Shown here piece by piece: positions 12,472 to 21,381 of a DNA stretch of 32,000 nucleotides. The position numbers and the translations under genes were made by a program. The DNA is from Phycisphaera mikurensis NBRC 102666. Lineage in GTDB: Bacteria > Planctomycetota > Phycisphaerae > Phycisphaerales > Phycisphaeraceae. Every line of letters begins with the position of its first letter. The first letter of the stretch is position 1. The notes under the pieces were generated by a model. It did no database searches. It saw only the letters and a program-made list of their open reading frames with translations, and had not been told where the DNA came from. The stretch is taken from positions 1,590,001-1,622,000 of the forward strand of contig NC_017080.1 in assembly GCF_000284115.1 (NCBI RefSeq). Reading direction: 5' to 3'.

Positions 12472-13482
12472 ATGGAGCCTGCCCGACTCGGCGGATCGAC
12501 GGCGGCCGGGGCGACGCTCTACCTGCACCTTGGCCTGCCCAAGACCGCGAGCACGCACCTGCAGCGGGAGGTCTTCCCGCGCCTCACGCACGTGGGCGTG
12601 CGGTCGATGCCCCGGACCGGCCTCTTCACCACGCCGGCCGACGCCGCCCGCGACGCCCGCCTGATGGCCGCGTGCTTCTGCCGCTCGGTGGAGGTCTGGG
12701 CGGCGCGGGGCGACGAGGTGTTCGCCGAGCTGCTGGGGGAGGCGACGCCGCCGGCGGAGCCCCGCACGCGCGGGCTGCTCGTCTCCGACGAGGCGATGGG
12801 GCGGACGGGGAGCCGGCCCCGGCAGCTCGGCGGGCACCTCGCGGCGATGGCCGAGCGGGCGGCGGCTTGGGGCTTCCCGCGGGTCCGCGTGCTCTGCGTC
12901 GTCCGGCGGCAGGACCACTGGCTGGCCTCGCACTACGCCCAGGGCGCCGACCGGCGGCCGGCGGCGTCGCAGGCGGACTTCGAGGCGATGGTGGCGGAGG
13001 CCCTGGCGCCGGAGGGCGAGCGTTACGGCTTCGGGATGCTGCTCGATTACGCCGTGCTCCACCGGGCGCTCGCGGATGCGGTGGGCGGCGACCGCGTGAC
13101 GATGCTGCCGTACGAGTGGCTGACCCGCGAACCGCAGCGCTTCCTCGGCGGGGTGCTCGCGGCGCTGGACACCCCGCCGGCCGACCGGGAGCGGCTGCTC
13201 GCGGAGGCCCCGGGCGGCGGTCGGACCAACGTCAAGGGCGCCGGCGGCGGGGCCTGGACGCTCAGCCGCCGCCCGGTGCTGCCGGCGGCGGCGCGGCGCG
13301 TGCTGCCGCGGGCGCTCGCGGGACGCCTGGAGTGGCGGCTGCGGCGGCGCTTCGAAAAGCAGATCGTGCTCCGGCCGGACGCCTCGGAGCGGATCCTCAC
13401 CGCCTACCGCGCCTCCAACGAGGAGCTGGCGCGGGCGATCGGCGTCGACCTCATCGCGCTGGGCTACGGCCCGGCCGGCTGA
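12472..13482 (+). CDS. Sulfotransferase-like P-loop protein
   Basis: MEPARLGGSTAAGATLYLHLGLPKTASTHLQREVFPRL resembles the 5'-PSB-type HxGxPKTxSTxLQ motif of carbohydrate sulfotransferase-like proteins; VLCVVRRQDHWLASHYAQ follows. Confidence 0.65.
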   Translation: MEPARLGGSTAAGATLYLHLGLPKTASTHLQREVFPRLTHVGVRSMPRTGLFTTPADAARDARLMAACFCRSVEVWAARGDEVFAELLGEATPPAEPRTRGLLVSDEAMGRTGSRPRQLGGHLAAMAERAAAWGFPRVRVLCVVRRQDHWLASHYAQGADRRPAASQADFEAMVAEALAPEGERYGFGMLLDYAVLHRALADAVGGDRVTMLPYEWLTREPQRFLGGVLAALDTPPADRERLLAEAPGGGRTNVKGAGGGAWTLSRRPVLPAAARRVLPRALAGRLEWRLRRRFEKQIVLRPDASERILTAYRASNEELARAIGVDLIALGYGPAG

Positions 13483-14647
13483 GCGCGGCTTCCTCGAGCA
13501 CCTCGGCGTGGCGGAGGTCGGCCGCGGCGGCGGAGAAGGCGGCCGCACGCCGGACCGCCGCGGCGGCGAGGGCCGCCCGCGCGGCCGGATCGGCAAGCAG
13601 GGCCGCGAGGGACGCCGCGAGGGCGGCGGGGTCTTCCGGTGCGACGATCCGGCCGGCCGGCGGCTCCCCCAGCGCGTCGGGCATCCCGCCGACGCGGGTC
13701 ACCACCGGCGGGAGGCCGGCGGCCATCGCCTCGAGCAGCGCCAGCGGGAGGCCTTCGCTGCGGGAGGGCATCACCGCCACCGAGGACGCGTGCAGCAGCG
13801 CGGCGGTGGCGGCGGGATCGAGGCGGCCCGCGAAGCGGACGGCGTCGCCGAGGCCGAGCTCCGCCGCGAGCGACCGCAGGGCCGGCGCCTCGGGGCCGTC
13901 GCCCACCAGCGTGAGGCGGGCGGCGGGCACGGACGCCCGGAGGCGGGCGAGCGCCCGAAGCAGCACGTCGTGGCCCTTGACCCGCTCCAGACGCCCGACG
14001 CAGGCCAGGGCGGCCGGCGCCGCCGCCGCGTCGTCGGGCCTCCGCCAGAAGGCCAAGTCGACGCCGTTGGGGATCACCTCGACCGGCGCCCGGGGAAACG
14101 CCGGGCGGTGTCCGCCCGCCCGCAGCGTCTCCGCCCGCTCGGCGAGCCCGGCGGAGACGGCGATGATCCGGTCGGCCCGGCGGAGCAGCGCCCGGAGGCG
14201 GGCCGCGTCGGCGGGCAGCGGCTGCAGCAGGTCGCTGCCGTGGCAGGTCAGCACCAGCGCCGCGCGGCGCCGGGAGGAGGCGAACCAGCGGGTGCCGCCC
14301 CGCGGGAAGTGCACGTCGACCACCCGGGGCCGGAACCCGCGCAGCGTCGAGCGGAGGCGGCGGAGCGGGTCGGCCGCGTGAAGCAGGCCGCGGGGCGTGG
14401 GCCGCGGGCGGCCCAGCGGGAGCCGCCGATCCTCGAGGCGCGGGAGCCGCAGCGTGAGAACCTCGCCGGGCGAGGGCCAGCGGCGCGGTCGGGGCTCCGG
14501 GGCGGCCGGGTCGTCGATCGGCCAGGCGCGGACCACCGCGTGCCCGCGAGCGGCGAGGAAGGCGGCCGTCCGGCGGTAGACCGCCTGCACGCCCCCGGCT
14601 TCGGTGGGGACGACGGGCGTGTAGAGCAGGACGCGGAGCGGGGTCAC
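13451..14647 (-). CDS. Glycosyltransferase family 4 (GT-B)
   Basis: In-frame segment VTPLRVLLYTPVVPTEAGGVQAVYRRTAAFLAARGH...VEVIPNGVDLAFW...LACVGRLERVKGHDVLLRALA...VAVMPSRSEGLPLALLEAMAAGLPPVVTRVGG. The GTG start overlaps the TGA of the upstream gene. Confidence 0.88.
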   Translation of the reverse strand: MTPLRVLLYTPVVPTEAGGVQAVYRRTAAFLAARGHAVVRAWPIDDPAAPEPRPRRWPSPGEVLTLRLPRLEDRRLPLGRPRPTPRGLLHAADPLRRLRSTLRGFRPRVVDVHFPRGGTRWFASSRRRAALVLTCHGSDLLQPLPADAARLRALLRRADRIIAVSAGLAERAETLRAGGHRPAFPRAPVEVIPNGVDLAFWRRPDDAAAAPAALACVGRLERVKGHDVLLRALARLRASVPAARLTLVGDGPEAPALRSLAAELGLGDAVRFAGRLDPAATAALLHASSVAVMPSRSEGLPLALLEAMAAGLPPVVTRVGGMPDALGEPPAGRIVAPEDPAALAASLAALLADPAARAALAAAAVRRAAAFSAAAADLRHAEVLEEAALSRPGRSPAR

Positions 14648-16638
14648 TCCGCCGGCCTTCCCGGCGCCGCCGGCGCCGCGTTGCGGCTTCGGCCCCGGGC
14701 CCAGCGCAGCAGCCGCAGCGCGGCGAGCGAGTGCGGCCGCAGCGCCAGCGCCCGGCGGGCGAGCGCGGCGGCGGCGGCGGGATCGGGCGGGTGCTCGCTC
14801 CCGGGCGCGCGGGCGAGGTGGCGGCGGGCGGTCTCGAGCAGGTAGGCGGCGGCCACGGCGCGGCCGGCCCGCCGCATCGCGGGGCCGTGGATCGCGTACA
14901 GCTGCTCCCGGGCGCGGAGGTTCCGCTCCAGCGCGCGGGAGCGGCGGGGGGTGGCGGCGGCGTCGTCCCGGTAGCGGGCGGTCACCCGCGGGATGACCGC
15001 GATGCGGTGCTGCTTCGCCAGGCGGATGCAGAACTCCCAGTCCTCGATCGCTTCGAGGGTTTCGTCGAAGAAGCCCGCGGTCGCGACCGCCTCGCGCCGC
15101 ATCAGCCCGTTGACGGTGAAGCCGAAGGCGCCGTTCTCCAGGAACAAGGCCGGGAGCGCGGCCGCGCCGGCTGCGGGCCGGTGCGTCGCCGTCCGCTTCC
15201 CATCGAGGCGCTGGATGCCCGAGCACAGCGCCGCCGTCGCCGCGGGCTCGGCGTCGAGCGCCCGCAGCCGGGGGCGGAGCGTGCCCGGCAGCCACGCGTC
15301 GTCGGAGTCCAGGAAGGCGACGACGCGGCCGCGGGCCTCGCGGAGGCCGCGGTTGCGGGCCGCGGCGACGCCGCCGTTCTCCCGCTGGCGGAGCAGGCGG
15401 AGCCGCGGGTCGTCGACGGCCTCCACGGCCTCGGGCGTGCCGTCGGTGGAGGCGTCGTCGACGACGAGCAGCTCCAGCGTGACGTCCGTCTGCGCGAGCA
15501 CGCTGCGGATCGCCCGCACGACGTCGGCGGGGCGGTTGAAGACGGGGATGATCGCCGAGACCTCGGGGAGGCGGAGCTCTTCGGGCGTCACCGCGGGGGC
15601 GGGGGCCGGGGTGGGGGCGGGGGCCGCGCCGCGGACCGCGGCGGGAATCGGCCTCGGCGGCCGGCAGTCCGCGGCGGAGGGCGGCGGACCGTTGGGATCG
15701 GCCGCCGGCGCCGGCGGCGACGCCGGGAAGAGCCGCCGCTTCAGGCGGGCCGCGGCGGGCGCGCGGAAGCGGCGGACGAGGCGGGCGACCCGGTCGGCGC
15801 TCGCCGCGTCGCCCGCCGCCGCGGCATCGAGCCGCACGTTGTGGAGAGCCGTCAGCAGCGCCGCCCGGTGGATGCCGAGCCGGCCGCTCTCCTCGAGCCG
15901 GTGGCCGATCTTCTCGAAGACATGCAGCCGGCTCGCCAGACCCTCCGGCGTCGCGCGCCGCCCGCTGAGCGTGGTCGCCCCGCCGGCGGGCCGGCGGTAG
16001 TAGGCGAGCCCGCGCGTGGAGAACGCGACGCCGGCGTCGCCGGTGCGCAGGAGGTGCCGCATCGCGAGGTCGCCGTCGTCCATCACGCTGGCTTGGGGGT
16101 CCCAGCCGCCGGTGCGCAGGCACGCCTCCCGGTCCCAGAGCATCGCGCACGTCGGGTGGTACCAGCCGCGCAGCCAGGCCGAGAGCAGCGGCTCGCCGGC
16201 GTGGCGGGGCCGGCAGGAGGCCAGCGCGGTCCGCCACGCCCCGTCTCCGCGGTCGGGGTCGGTCTCCAGCCGGCGCCAGCGGCACAGCGCGAGGCCGGCG
16301 TCGGGCGCGGCGTCGAGCGCCTCGTTCGAGCCCGCGAGCGCCTCGGGGCCGAGCACGTCGTCCGCGTCGAGGAAGAGCAGCCGGTCGCTCCGGGCCGCCA
16401 GCAGGCCAAGGTTCCGCGCACGGCCGGCGTTGCCGGCGTCGGAGGCGAGGAAGCGAACGCGGAAGGGCGCTCCCGCCAGGGCCGCGGCGGCGGCCGCGAA
16501 GCCGCCGTCGGTGGAGCGGTCGTCGACGACGATCACCTCCCACGGCGGGGCGGTCTGAGCCCGCAGCGAGAGCAGCGTCTCGCCGATCGTGTCGGCGCCC
16601 TGGTGCAGCGGGATGACGGCGGACACGCGGGCCTTCAC
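14644..16638 (-). CDS. Glycosyltransferase with two GT2 (GT-A) domains in one chain
   Basis: Domain 1: VSAVIPLHQGADTIGETLLSLRAQTAPPWEVIVVDDRSTDGG...LLFLDADD. Domain 2: VSAIIPVFNRPADVVRAIRSVLAQTDVTLELLVVDDASTDGT...VVAFLDSDDAW. Linker APAPTPAPAPAVTP. The GTG start overlaps the upstream TGA. Confidence 0.87.
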   Translation of the reverse strand: MKARVSAVIPLHQGADTIGETLLSLRAQTAPPWEVIVVDDRSTDGGFAAAAAALAGAPFRVRFLASDAGNAGRARNLGLLAARSDRLLFLDADDVLGPEALAGSNEALDAAPDAGLALCRWRRLETDPDRGDGAWRTALASCRPRHAGEPLLSAWLRGWYHPTCAMLWDREACLRTGGWDPQASVMDDGDLAMRHLLRTGDAGVAFSTRGLAYYRRPAGGATTLSGRRATPEGLASRLHVFEKIGHRLEESGRLGIHRAALLTALHNVRLDAAAAGDAASADRVARLVRRFRAPAAARLKRRLFPASPPAPAADPNGPPPSAADCRPPRPIPAAVRGAAPAPTPAPAPAVTPEELRLPEVSAIIPVFNRPADVVRAIRSVLAQTDVTLELLVVDDASTDGTPEAVEAVDDPRLRLLRQRENGGVAAARNRGLREARGRVVAFLDSDDAWLPGTLRPRLRALDAEPAATAALCSGIQRLDGKRTATHRPAAGAAALPALFLENGAFGFTVNGLMRREAVATAGFFDETLEAIEDWEFCIRLAKQHRIAVIPRVTARYRDDAAATPRRSRALERNLRAREQLYAIHGPAMRRAGRAVAAAYLLETARRHLARAPGSEHPPDPAAAAALARRALALRPHSLAALRLLRWARGRSRNAAPAAPGRPAE
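15629..15674. repeat. Bipartite element copy F: CCGCGGACCG-N26-CAGTCCGCGG (inside the double-GT2 gene)
   Basis: Arms at 15629-15638 and 15665-15674; one mismatch in the right arm. Confidence 0.75.
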
Positions 16639-17807
16639 GCGGGGGCCTCCTCCAGCGTGGCGAGCGCGGCGGCGAGCGCCCCGGGCTCGACCGCGAGGTC
16701 CTGCTCCACCGGCGGCCGATCGCCCACCGGGCGGGCCGGCACGAAGCGGTGCCGGTGGCCCAGCGCCGCCCCGAGCGCGTAAAAGTTGGGGTTCGGGAAG
16801 CCGGGGTCGGCGAGCTCGACGACCTCGAGGCCACGCGGGGCGAAGAGCATGTTCGTGAGCCCGGCTCCGTGCGGGCCGGCGAGCACGCCGGTCTCCCGCA
16901 TCAGCGCCGCCTGCGCCGGGAGGTCCAATTCCTCGAAGACGACCCGCTCGAAGCCGTGGTCGTCGAGCACCCGGTGCAGCGCCGCGACGCCGAGCAGGCG
17001 GCGCCGGGTCGCCCGCTCGCGGCTCACCCACACGCGTCGCGTGGGCGCCGGCGCGTCGGCCAGCGCAAGCGCCCGGGGGATGAGGCCGACCAGCTCGGGG
17101 GCGAAGCGGTCGGTCGACAGCGCCGTCAGGCGGCCGACGCGCAGCGGCCGGTCCTCGTCGAAGCGGAGGAAGGCCGACTCCGGGAGCCCGAGCAGCCGCA
17201 GGCTCGCCTCGTGGGCCGGCGGCATCCGCGCCGGCAGCAGCACGTTCTTCAACCGGCCGAGCCCGCGGAGCAGCAGCAGCTTGGGCAGGTGCGCCGCGAG
17301 CCAGTGGCTGTGGTTGTGCCAGACCCGCTCCAGGAACCAGACCGCCTCGGGCACCTCGCGCGGCGCGGGGAGGCCGTTGCCCATCAGCAGCCGCTCGTGC
17401 CGCGGACGGAAGCGGACTTCCCGCATCCGAAGCTTCGATCCGCGGCCGGCCACGATCGCGGGGAAGAAGTCGTCGTTCTGCTCGGGGTCCCGGTACCAGA
17501 GGATCTCGGCGGGGCCGAGCTCGGCGACCTGCGTCGCCTCCGCGGCGCGGGCGGGCACGTCGGCCATCGCGTAGCCCCACCAGCCGGCGTCCGCCGGCAG
17601 CTCCGAGGCGGAGCCGACCCCGCGGGGCAGCGGGTTCGCGTGCACCCGGGGCGGGTGCACCTCCTCGAGGCGGGCGCCGGGGAGGGCCGCCGCGGCCTCC
17701 GCGAGCGAGCGGTCGCGGAGCCCGCGCCACCCGACGGCGCGGGCGGGGAGCCCGGCGCCCACGGCGCATCGCAGCCCGGCCCGGATCGCGCGGCGCAGCG
17801 GGCTCAC
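16635..17807 (-). CDS. Glycosyltransferase family 61-like protein
   Basis: RVWHNHSHWLAAHLPKLLLL...RRVWVSRERATRRRL...VLAGPHGAGLTNMLFAPRGLEVVEL. The GPHGAGLTNM(L)F motif is typical of GT61/DUF563. Start GTG overlaps the upstream TGA. Confidence 0.8.
   Translation of the reverse strand: MSPLRRAIRAGLRCAVGAGLPARAVGWRGLRDRSLAEAAAALPGARLEEVHPPRVHANPLPRGVGSASELPADAGWWGYAMADVPARAAEATQVAELGPAEILWYRDPEQNDDFFPAIVAGRGSKLRMREVRFRPRHERLLMGNGLPAPREVPEAVWFLERVWHNHSHWLAAHLPKLLLLRGLGRLKNVLLPARMPPAHEASLRLLGLPESAFLRFDEDRPLRVGRLTALSTDRFAPELVGLIPRALALADAPAPTRRVWVSRERATRRRLLGVAALHRVLDDHGFERVVFEELDLPAQAALMRETGVLAGPHGAGLTNMLFAPRGLEVVELADPGFPNPNFYALGAALGHRHRFVPARPVGDRPPVEQDLAVEPGALAAALATLEEAPA
17400..17445. repeat. 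Bipartite element copy G: CCGCGGACGG-N26-CGATCCGCGG (inside the GT61-like gene)
   Basis: Arms at 17400-17409 and 17436-17445; one mismatch to consensus in each arm, same 36-bp offset. Confidence 0.6.
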
Positions 17808-19114
17808 GGGCCCGGCCTCAGCTCGTCCGTCCGCTGCGCGATGGCCGCGTGAACCGGCTCCCAGTCGCCGGCGTGCCGCGCACGCAGGCCGTCGAAGGCC
17901 GCGCGGATCCGCCCGCGGACCGCCGCGTCCGCGAGGTCCGCGGCGACCCGGTCCGCGGCTTCCGCCGCGGCGAAGGCGTCGGGCCGCAGGATCCGCTCCC
18001 CGAAGCCGGGCCCCAGCGAGGCGAGGAAGGCGTCGCACTTGGGGTCGTAGCTCACCAGGTGGCAGGGCACCCCCTGCGCCAGCGCGAAGATCACCGGGTG
18101 CAGCCGCAGGCTCACGACCGCGTCGAAGAGCCCGTAGAGGTGCTTGAGCGCCGCGGGATCCTCCACCGGCTCGTCGAGGACGACCGAGCCGGGCACCGCC
18201 ATCCGCGCCCGCACGCCCCGGGCGGTCGCCACGTCGTCGGGCTTGCCGGCGCTGGCTTCCCGCTGCCGGTCGGTGCCCAGGAAGAAGACGTCCGCGTGGT
18301 CACGCTGGACGCGGTCGAGCGTCGCGGCGAGCTCCGCGAAGACCTTCTCCCGGCGGGCGAGCGCGTCGGGGTAGTTCGCCTGGTAGTCGCGAACGCAGAC
18401 GCCGACCCGCGGCCGCTGGCCCGCCGCGATGCGGGCGGCGAGCGGCGCGGCGGCGGGGTCTTCACGCGGCCGGAGGAAGACCGCGGCGTCGGTCGACTCC
18501 ACCACCTGCGCGCGGACGCCCAGGCGCCGCAGCGCCGGCCCCGAGGCGTCGTCGCGCACGAGGATCCCGGTGTGCAGGTCCAGCGTGGAGCGCAGCAGCG
18601 GTCGGAGCAGGACCCCCCGCGGGCCCGCGAGGTCGAAGGGACCGCAGCCGACGCCGAGCTGGAAGGCCGGCACGCGGTAAAAGCGGGCGGCGGAGAGGAG
18701 CAGCCGGTTCTGCAGCACCATCCGCGGCTTCAACCAGCGGTCGTTCCAGGTCGGCCCGCCCTGGAAGACGAGCCCCGCGGCCCCCTCGAAGACGCCGCGG
18801 ACGCGGGCAAACGCCTCCGCGTCCAGCACCGCGCGCCCGCCGTCGCGGGCGAGCGCGCGGGCGAGCCGCAGCGTGCGCGGGTAGGTCTTTCTGCCGCCCA
18901 CCGCGGGCACCGCCCAGACGAGCCGCTCGTGCACCGCGTCGCCGGGGCCCGCCAGCTCCGGCAGCGCCCGGAAGACGCCGGGCCGATCGACGTAGGCGTG
19001 CACCGGCAGGTCGCTCCGCCGCCGCAGGCCCTGCAGGATGGCCAGCCCGATGCCGGTGTCGCCGACGGTCGGCGAGATCCCCGAGAACAGGATGCGCGGC
19101 GTCGGCGTCTTCAT
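17804..19114 (-). CDS. Polysaccharide pyruvyl transferase family protein
   Basis: MKTPTPRILFSGISPTVGDTGIGLAILQGLRRR...LVFQGGPTWNDRW...GVGCGPFDLAGPRG...ILVRDDASGPALRRLGV...VVSLRLHPVIFALAQGVPCHLVSYDPKCDAFLASLG. Confidence 0.8.
   Translation of the reverse strand: MKTPTPRILFSGISPTVGDTGIGLAILQGLRRRSDLPVHAYVDRPGVFRALPELAGPGDAVHERLVWAVPAVGGRKTYPRTLRLARALARDGGRAVLDAEAFARVRGVFEGAAGLVFQGGPTWNDRWLKPRMVLQNRLLLSAARFYRVPAFQLGVGCGPFDLAGPRGVLLRPLLRSTLDLHTGILVRDDASGPALRRLGVRAQVVESTDAAVFLRPREDPAAAPLAARIAAGQRPRVGVCVRDYQANYPDALARREKVFAELAATLDRVQRDHADVFFLGTDRQREASAGKPDDVATARGVRARMAVPGSVVLDEPVEDPAALKHLYGLFDAVVSLRLHPVIFALAQGVPCHLVSYDPKCDAFLASLGPGFGERILRPDAFAAAEAADRVAADLADAAVRGRIRAAFDGLRARHAGDWEPVHAAIAQRTDELRPGP
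17913..17958. repeat. Bipartite element copy D: CCGCGGACCG-N26-CGGTCCGCGG (inside the pyruvyl transferase gene)
   Basis: Exact arms at 17913-17922 and 17949-17958. An additional GGTCCGCGG half-site lies at 17935. Confidence 0.88.
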
Positions 19115-20403
19115 CACGCCGGACCGTTGGGCACCGCCCACGCGTGCCGCGGGGCGATCGGGCACTCCAGCTGCGGCGTGGCGAGGGCCCGGCCGGCCAT
19201 CAGCCCCTGCTCGATGGTCAATTCCGCGGCCTGCTGGATCGCGTCGGCGAGGCCGTCGCGGTCGTGCAGCGTCGCGTTGAGGTGGTAGCCGCCGGGGGTC
19301 AGCGGCAGCTCCGGCACCTCGCAGAGGAACGCCGGCTCGTCCGTCGTCGTGTCGGTCGCCGCGGCGGCTTTGCTGGCGAAGCGGCACACCGGCCGGTTGT
19401 AGCCGTCGTACACCGCGAGGATGCACGAGAGCCCGCGGGTCACGCCGGAGAGGCCGACGCGGATCGTCGCGGGCTCGCCGTAGAGCAGGTAGCCCGGGGC
19501 GTCGGCGTTGTCACCTGACCAGGCCCGCAGCGAGGTGACCCGTGCCCGCTGGTGCCCCTCCCGGTCGGTCCGATCCGCGAGGTCGGCGGCCTCGACCGCG
19601 TTCTCCGCGAGGTACATCCGGACGGCCTCCGCGGGCGTGCCGCCGCCGATCAGCCGCCCCCGCTGCAGCACCACGGCCCGGTCGCACAGGCTCTGGATGC
19701 TGCCCATGTTGTGGCTGACGAAGAGGATCGTCCGCCCCTCGTCCGCGAAGGAGCGCATCTTGGCGACGCACTTCTTCTGGAACGCGGCGTCGCCCACGGC
19801 GAGAACCTCGTCGACGACGAGGATCTCCGGCTCGAGGTTGGAGGCCACCGCGAAAGCGAGCCGCACGTACATGCCGCTGGAGTAGCGCTTCACCGGGGTG
19901 TCGATGAAGCGGCCGATCTCCGAGAACGCCACGATCTCGTCGAACTTGTCGGCCACCTCGCGCCGCGACATCCCCAGCACCGCCCCGTTGAGGAAGACGT
20001 TCTCGCGGCCGGTGAGCTCGGGGTGGAAGCCGGTGCCCACCTCCAGCAGGCTGCCCATCCGGCCGTGGATGAAGGCTTCGCCCGCGGTGGGGTCGGTGAT
20101 GCGGGAGAGGATCTTCAGCAGCGTGGACTTGCCGGCCCCGTTGTGGCCGATCAGGCCGAGCACCTCGCCCCGCTGGACGTCGAAGCCGACGTCTCTGAGG
20201 GCCCAGAGGTCGCGCTCAGAGGATTGCGCCTCGTCCCCGCCGCCCGCGTCGCCGGTGGCGGCCGGGGTGCGGCCGCGGACGCGGTTACGCAGGCGGGCCG
20301 CGGCGGCGGCGACGGTGTCGCGCAGGTCGCCCCTGCCCTGCGGGCCCGTGCCCAGGCGGTAGTGCTTGGAGAGCCCCCTCACTTCGATCGCGGCTTGGGT
20401 CAT
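19114..20403 (-). CDS. Polysaccharide ABC exporter ATP-binding protein, Wzt-type, with extended C-terminal domain
   Basis: LIGHNGAGKSTLLKILSRITDPTAGEAFIHGRMGSLLEVGTGFHPELTGRENVFLNGAVLGMSRREV...YSSGMYVRLAFAVASNLEPEILVVDEVLAVGD, then a C-terminal region (VYDGYNRPVCRF...ELPLTPGGYHLNATLHD) resembling Wzt substrate-binding domains. Confidence 0.92.
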   Translation of the reverse strand: MTQAAIEVRGLSKHYRLGTGPQGRGDLRDTVAAAAARLRNRVRGRTPAATGDAGGGDEAQSSERDLWALRDVGFDVQRGEVLGLIGHNGAGKSTLLKILSRITDPTAGEAFIHGRMGSLLEVGTGFHPELTGRENVFLNGAVLGMSRREVADKFDEIVAFSEIGRFIDTPVKRYSSGMYVRLAFAVASNLEPEILVVDEVLAVGDAAFQKKCVAKMRSFADEGRTILFVSHNMGSIQSLCDRAVVLQRGRLIGGGTPAEAVRMYLAENAVEAADLADRTDREGHQRARVTSLRAWSGDNADAPGYLLYGEPATIRVGLSGVTRGLSCILAVYDGYNRPVCRFASKAAAATDTTTDEPAFLCEVPELPLTPGGYHLNATLHDRDGLADAIQQAAELTIEQGLMAGRALATPQLECPIAPRHAWAVPNGPA

Positions 20404-20411
20404 CGGGGTCC

Positions 20412-21287
20412 TCAGGCGACGTCGGCGAAGACCCGCTCGGCGCGGGCGAACCAGGCGACGCCGACGATCACCAGCACCGCCGACACCGCCAGCGAGATCA
20501 GCAGCCCCGGAACCCACAGCGGCAGGCCCAGCACCGCCCACTGGCCGAGCTTGACGAAGCCGACCGCGGGGTTCAGGTACGCGAGCGTCTGGAGGTGCTC
20601 GGGCAGCACCTCCAGCGGGTAGATCACCGCGCTCACGTAGAAGAGGATCTGCAGCCCCAGCGGGAGCACGTACTGCAGGTCGCGGAAGTTGACGGTCAGC
20701 GAGGCGCTGATGAGCCCGATGCCCAGCGCCGGCAGAGCGACGCCGACGAGGGCGAGCGGGGCGAGCACGACCCTCCACGAGAGCCCGACGTCCCACGCGG
20801 AGTCGGCGGCGTACCAGAGCGTCGCACCCAGCAGCAGGAGCAGCACCACCGCCGCGTCGGCGAGCGGCTTCCCGATCGAGGCGATCGGCAGCACCAGCCG
20901 CGGCACGTAGACCTTCCGCACGATGTGCCCGTTGTTGATGAGGCTGCCCGAGGCACCGTCGACCCCGGTCTTGAAGAAGTTCCAAACCAGCTGGCCGGCG
21001 AGGGCGAAGAGCGGGTAAGGCAGGTCGCGTCCGAAGCTCTCCTTGAGCATCTTCTCGACTCCCAGCGCCTTGCCGAAGACGATCGTGAAGACCAGCACCT
21101 GGGCCGCCGGGACCAGCAGCGCCCACGCGTAGCCGAAGAAGGTCTGCTTGTAGCGGACCTTCACGTCCCGCAGCGCGAACAGCCAGATGAGATCGCGGGC
21201 GCGCCAGAGCTCCGGCAGGTCCACCGCCTGCCAGCCGGCACGCGGCCGCAGGTGGATCGTCGGGTGCTCGGGGGCGGTGGCGGGCAT
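20412..21287 (-). CDS. Polysaccharide ABC exporter permease, Wzm/TagG type
   Basis: ELWRARDLIWLFALRDVKVRYKQTFFGYAWALLVPAAQVLVFTIVFGKALG...LQILFYVSAVIYPLEVLPEHLQTLAYLNPAVGFV; located immediately upstream of the Wzt-like ATPase. Confidence 0.92.
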   Translation of the reverse strand: MPATAPEHPTIHLRPRAGWQAVDLPELWRARDLIWLFALRDVKVRYKQTFFGYAWALLVPAAQVLVFTIVFGKALGVEKMLKESFGRDLPYPLFALAGQLVWNFFKTGVDGASGSLINNGHIVRKVYVPRLVLPIASIGKPLADAAVVLLLLLGATLWYAADSAWDVGLSWRVVLAPLALVGVALPALGIGLISASLTVNFRDLQYVLPLGLQILFYVSAVIYPLEVLPEHLQTLAYLNPAVGFVKLGQWAVLGLPLWVPGLLISLAVSAVLVIVGVAWFARAERVFADVA

Positions 21288-21322
21288 GCTCGGGCGGGGC
21301 GGCGGCGGGGTGGTCGCCGGTT

Positions 21323-21368
21323 CCGCGGACCGTGGGGCGTCGATGCTCCTGCGCCTCGCGGTCCGCGG
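21323..21368. repeat. Bipartite element copy B: CCGCGGACCG-N26-CGGTCCGCGG (intergenic, between nnrD and the ABC permease)
   Basis: Exact arms at 21323-21332 and 21359-21368. Confidence 0.9.
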
Positions 21369-21381
21369 CGCGGGCGGGAAA

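Noticed and set aside
18795-18840. CCGCGGACGC in the pyruvyl transferase gene and a similar site at 20273 as element copies
   Set aside because: No matching right arm at the 36-bp offset in either case.
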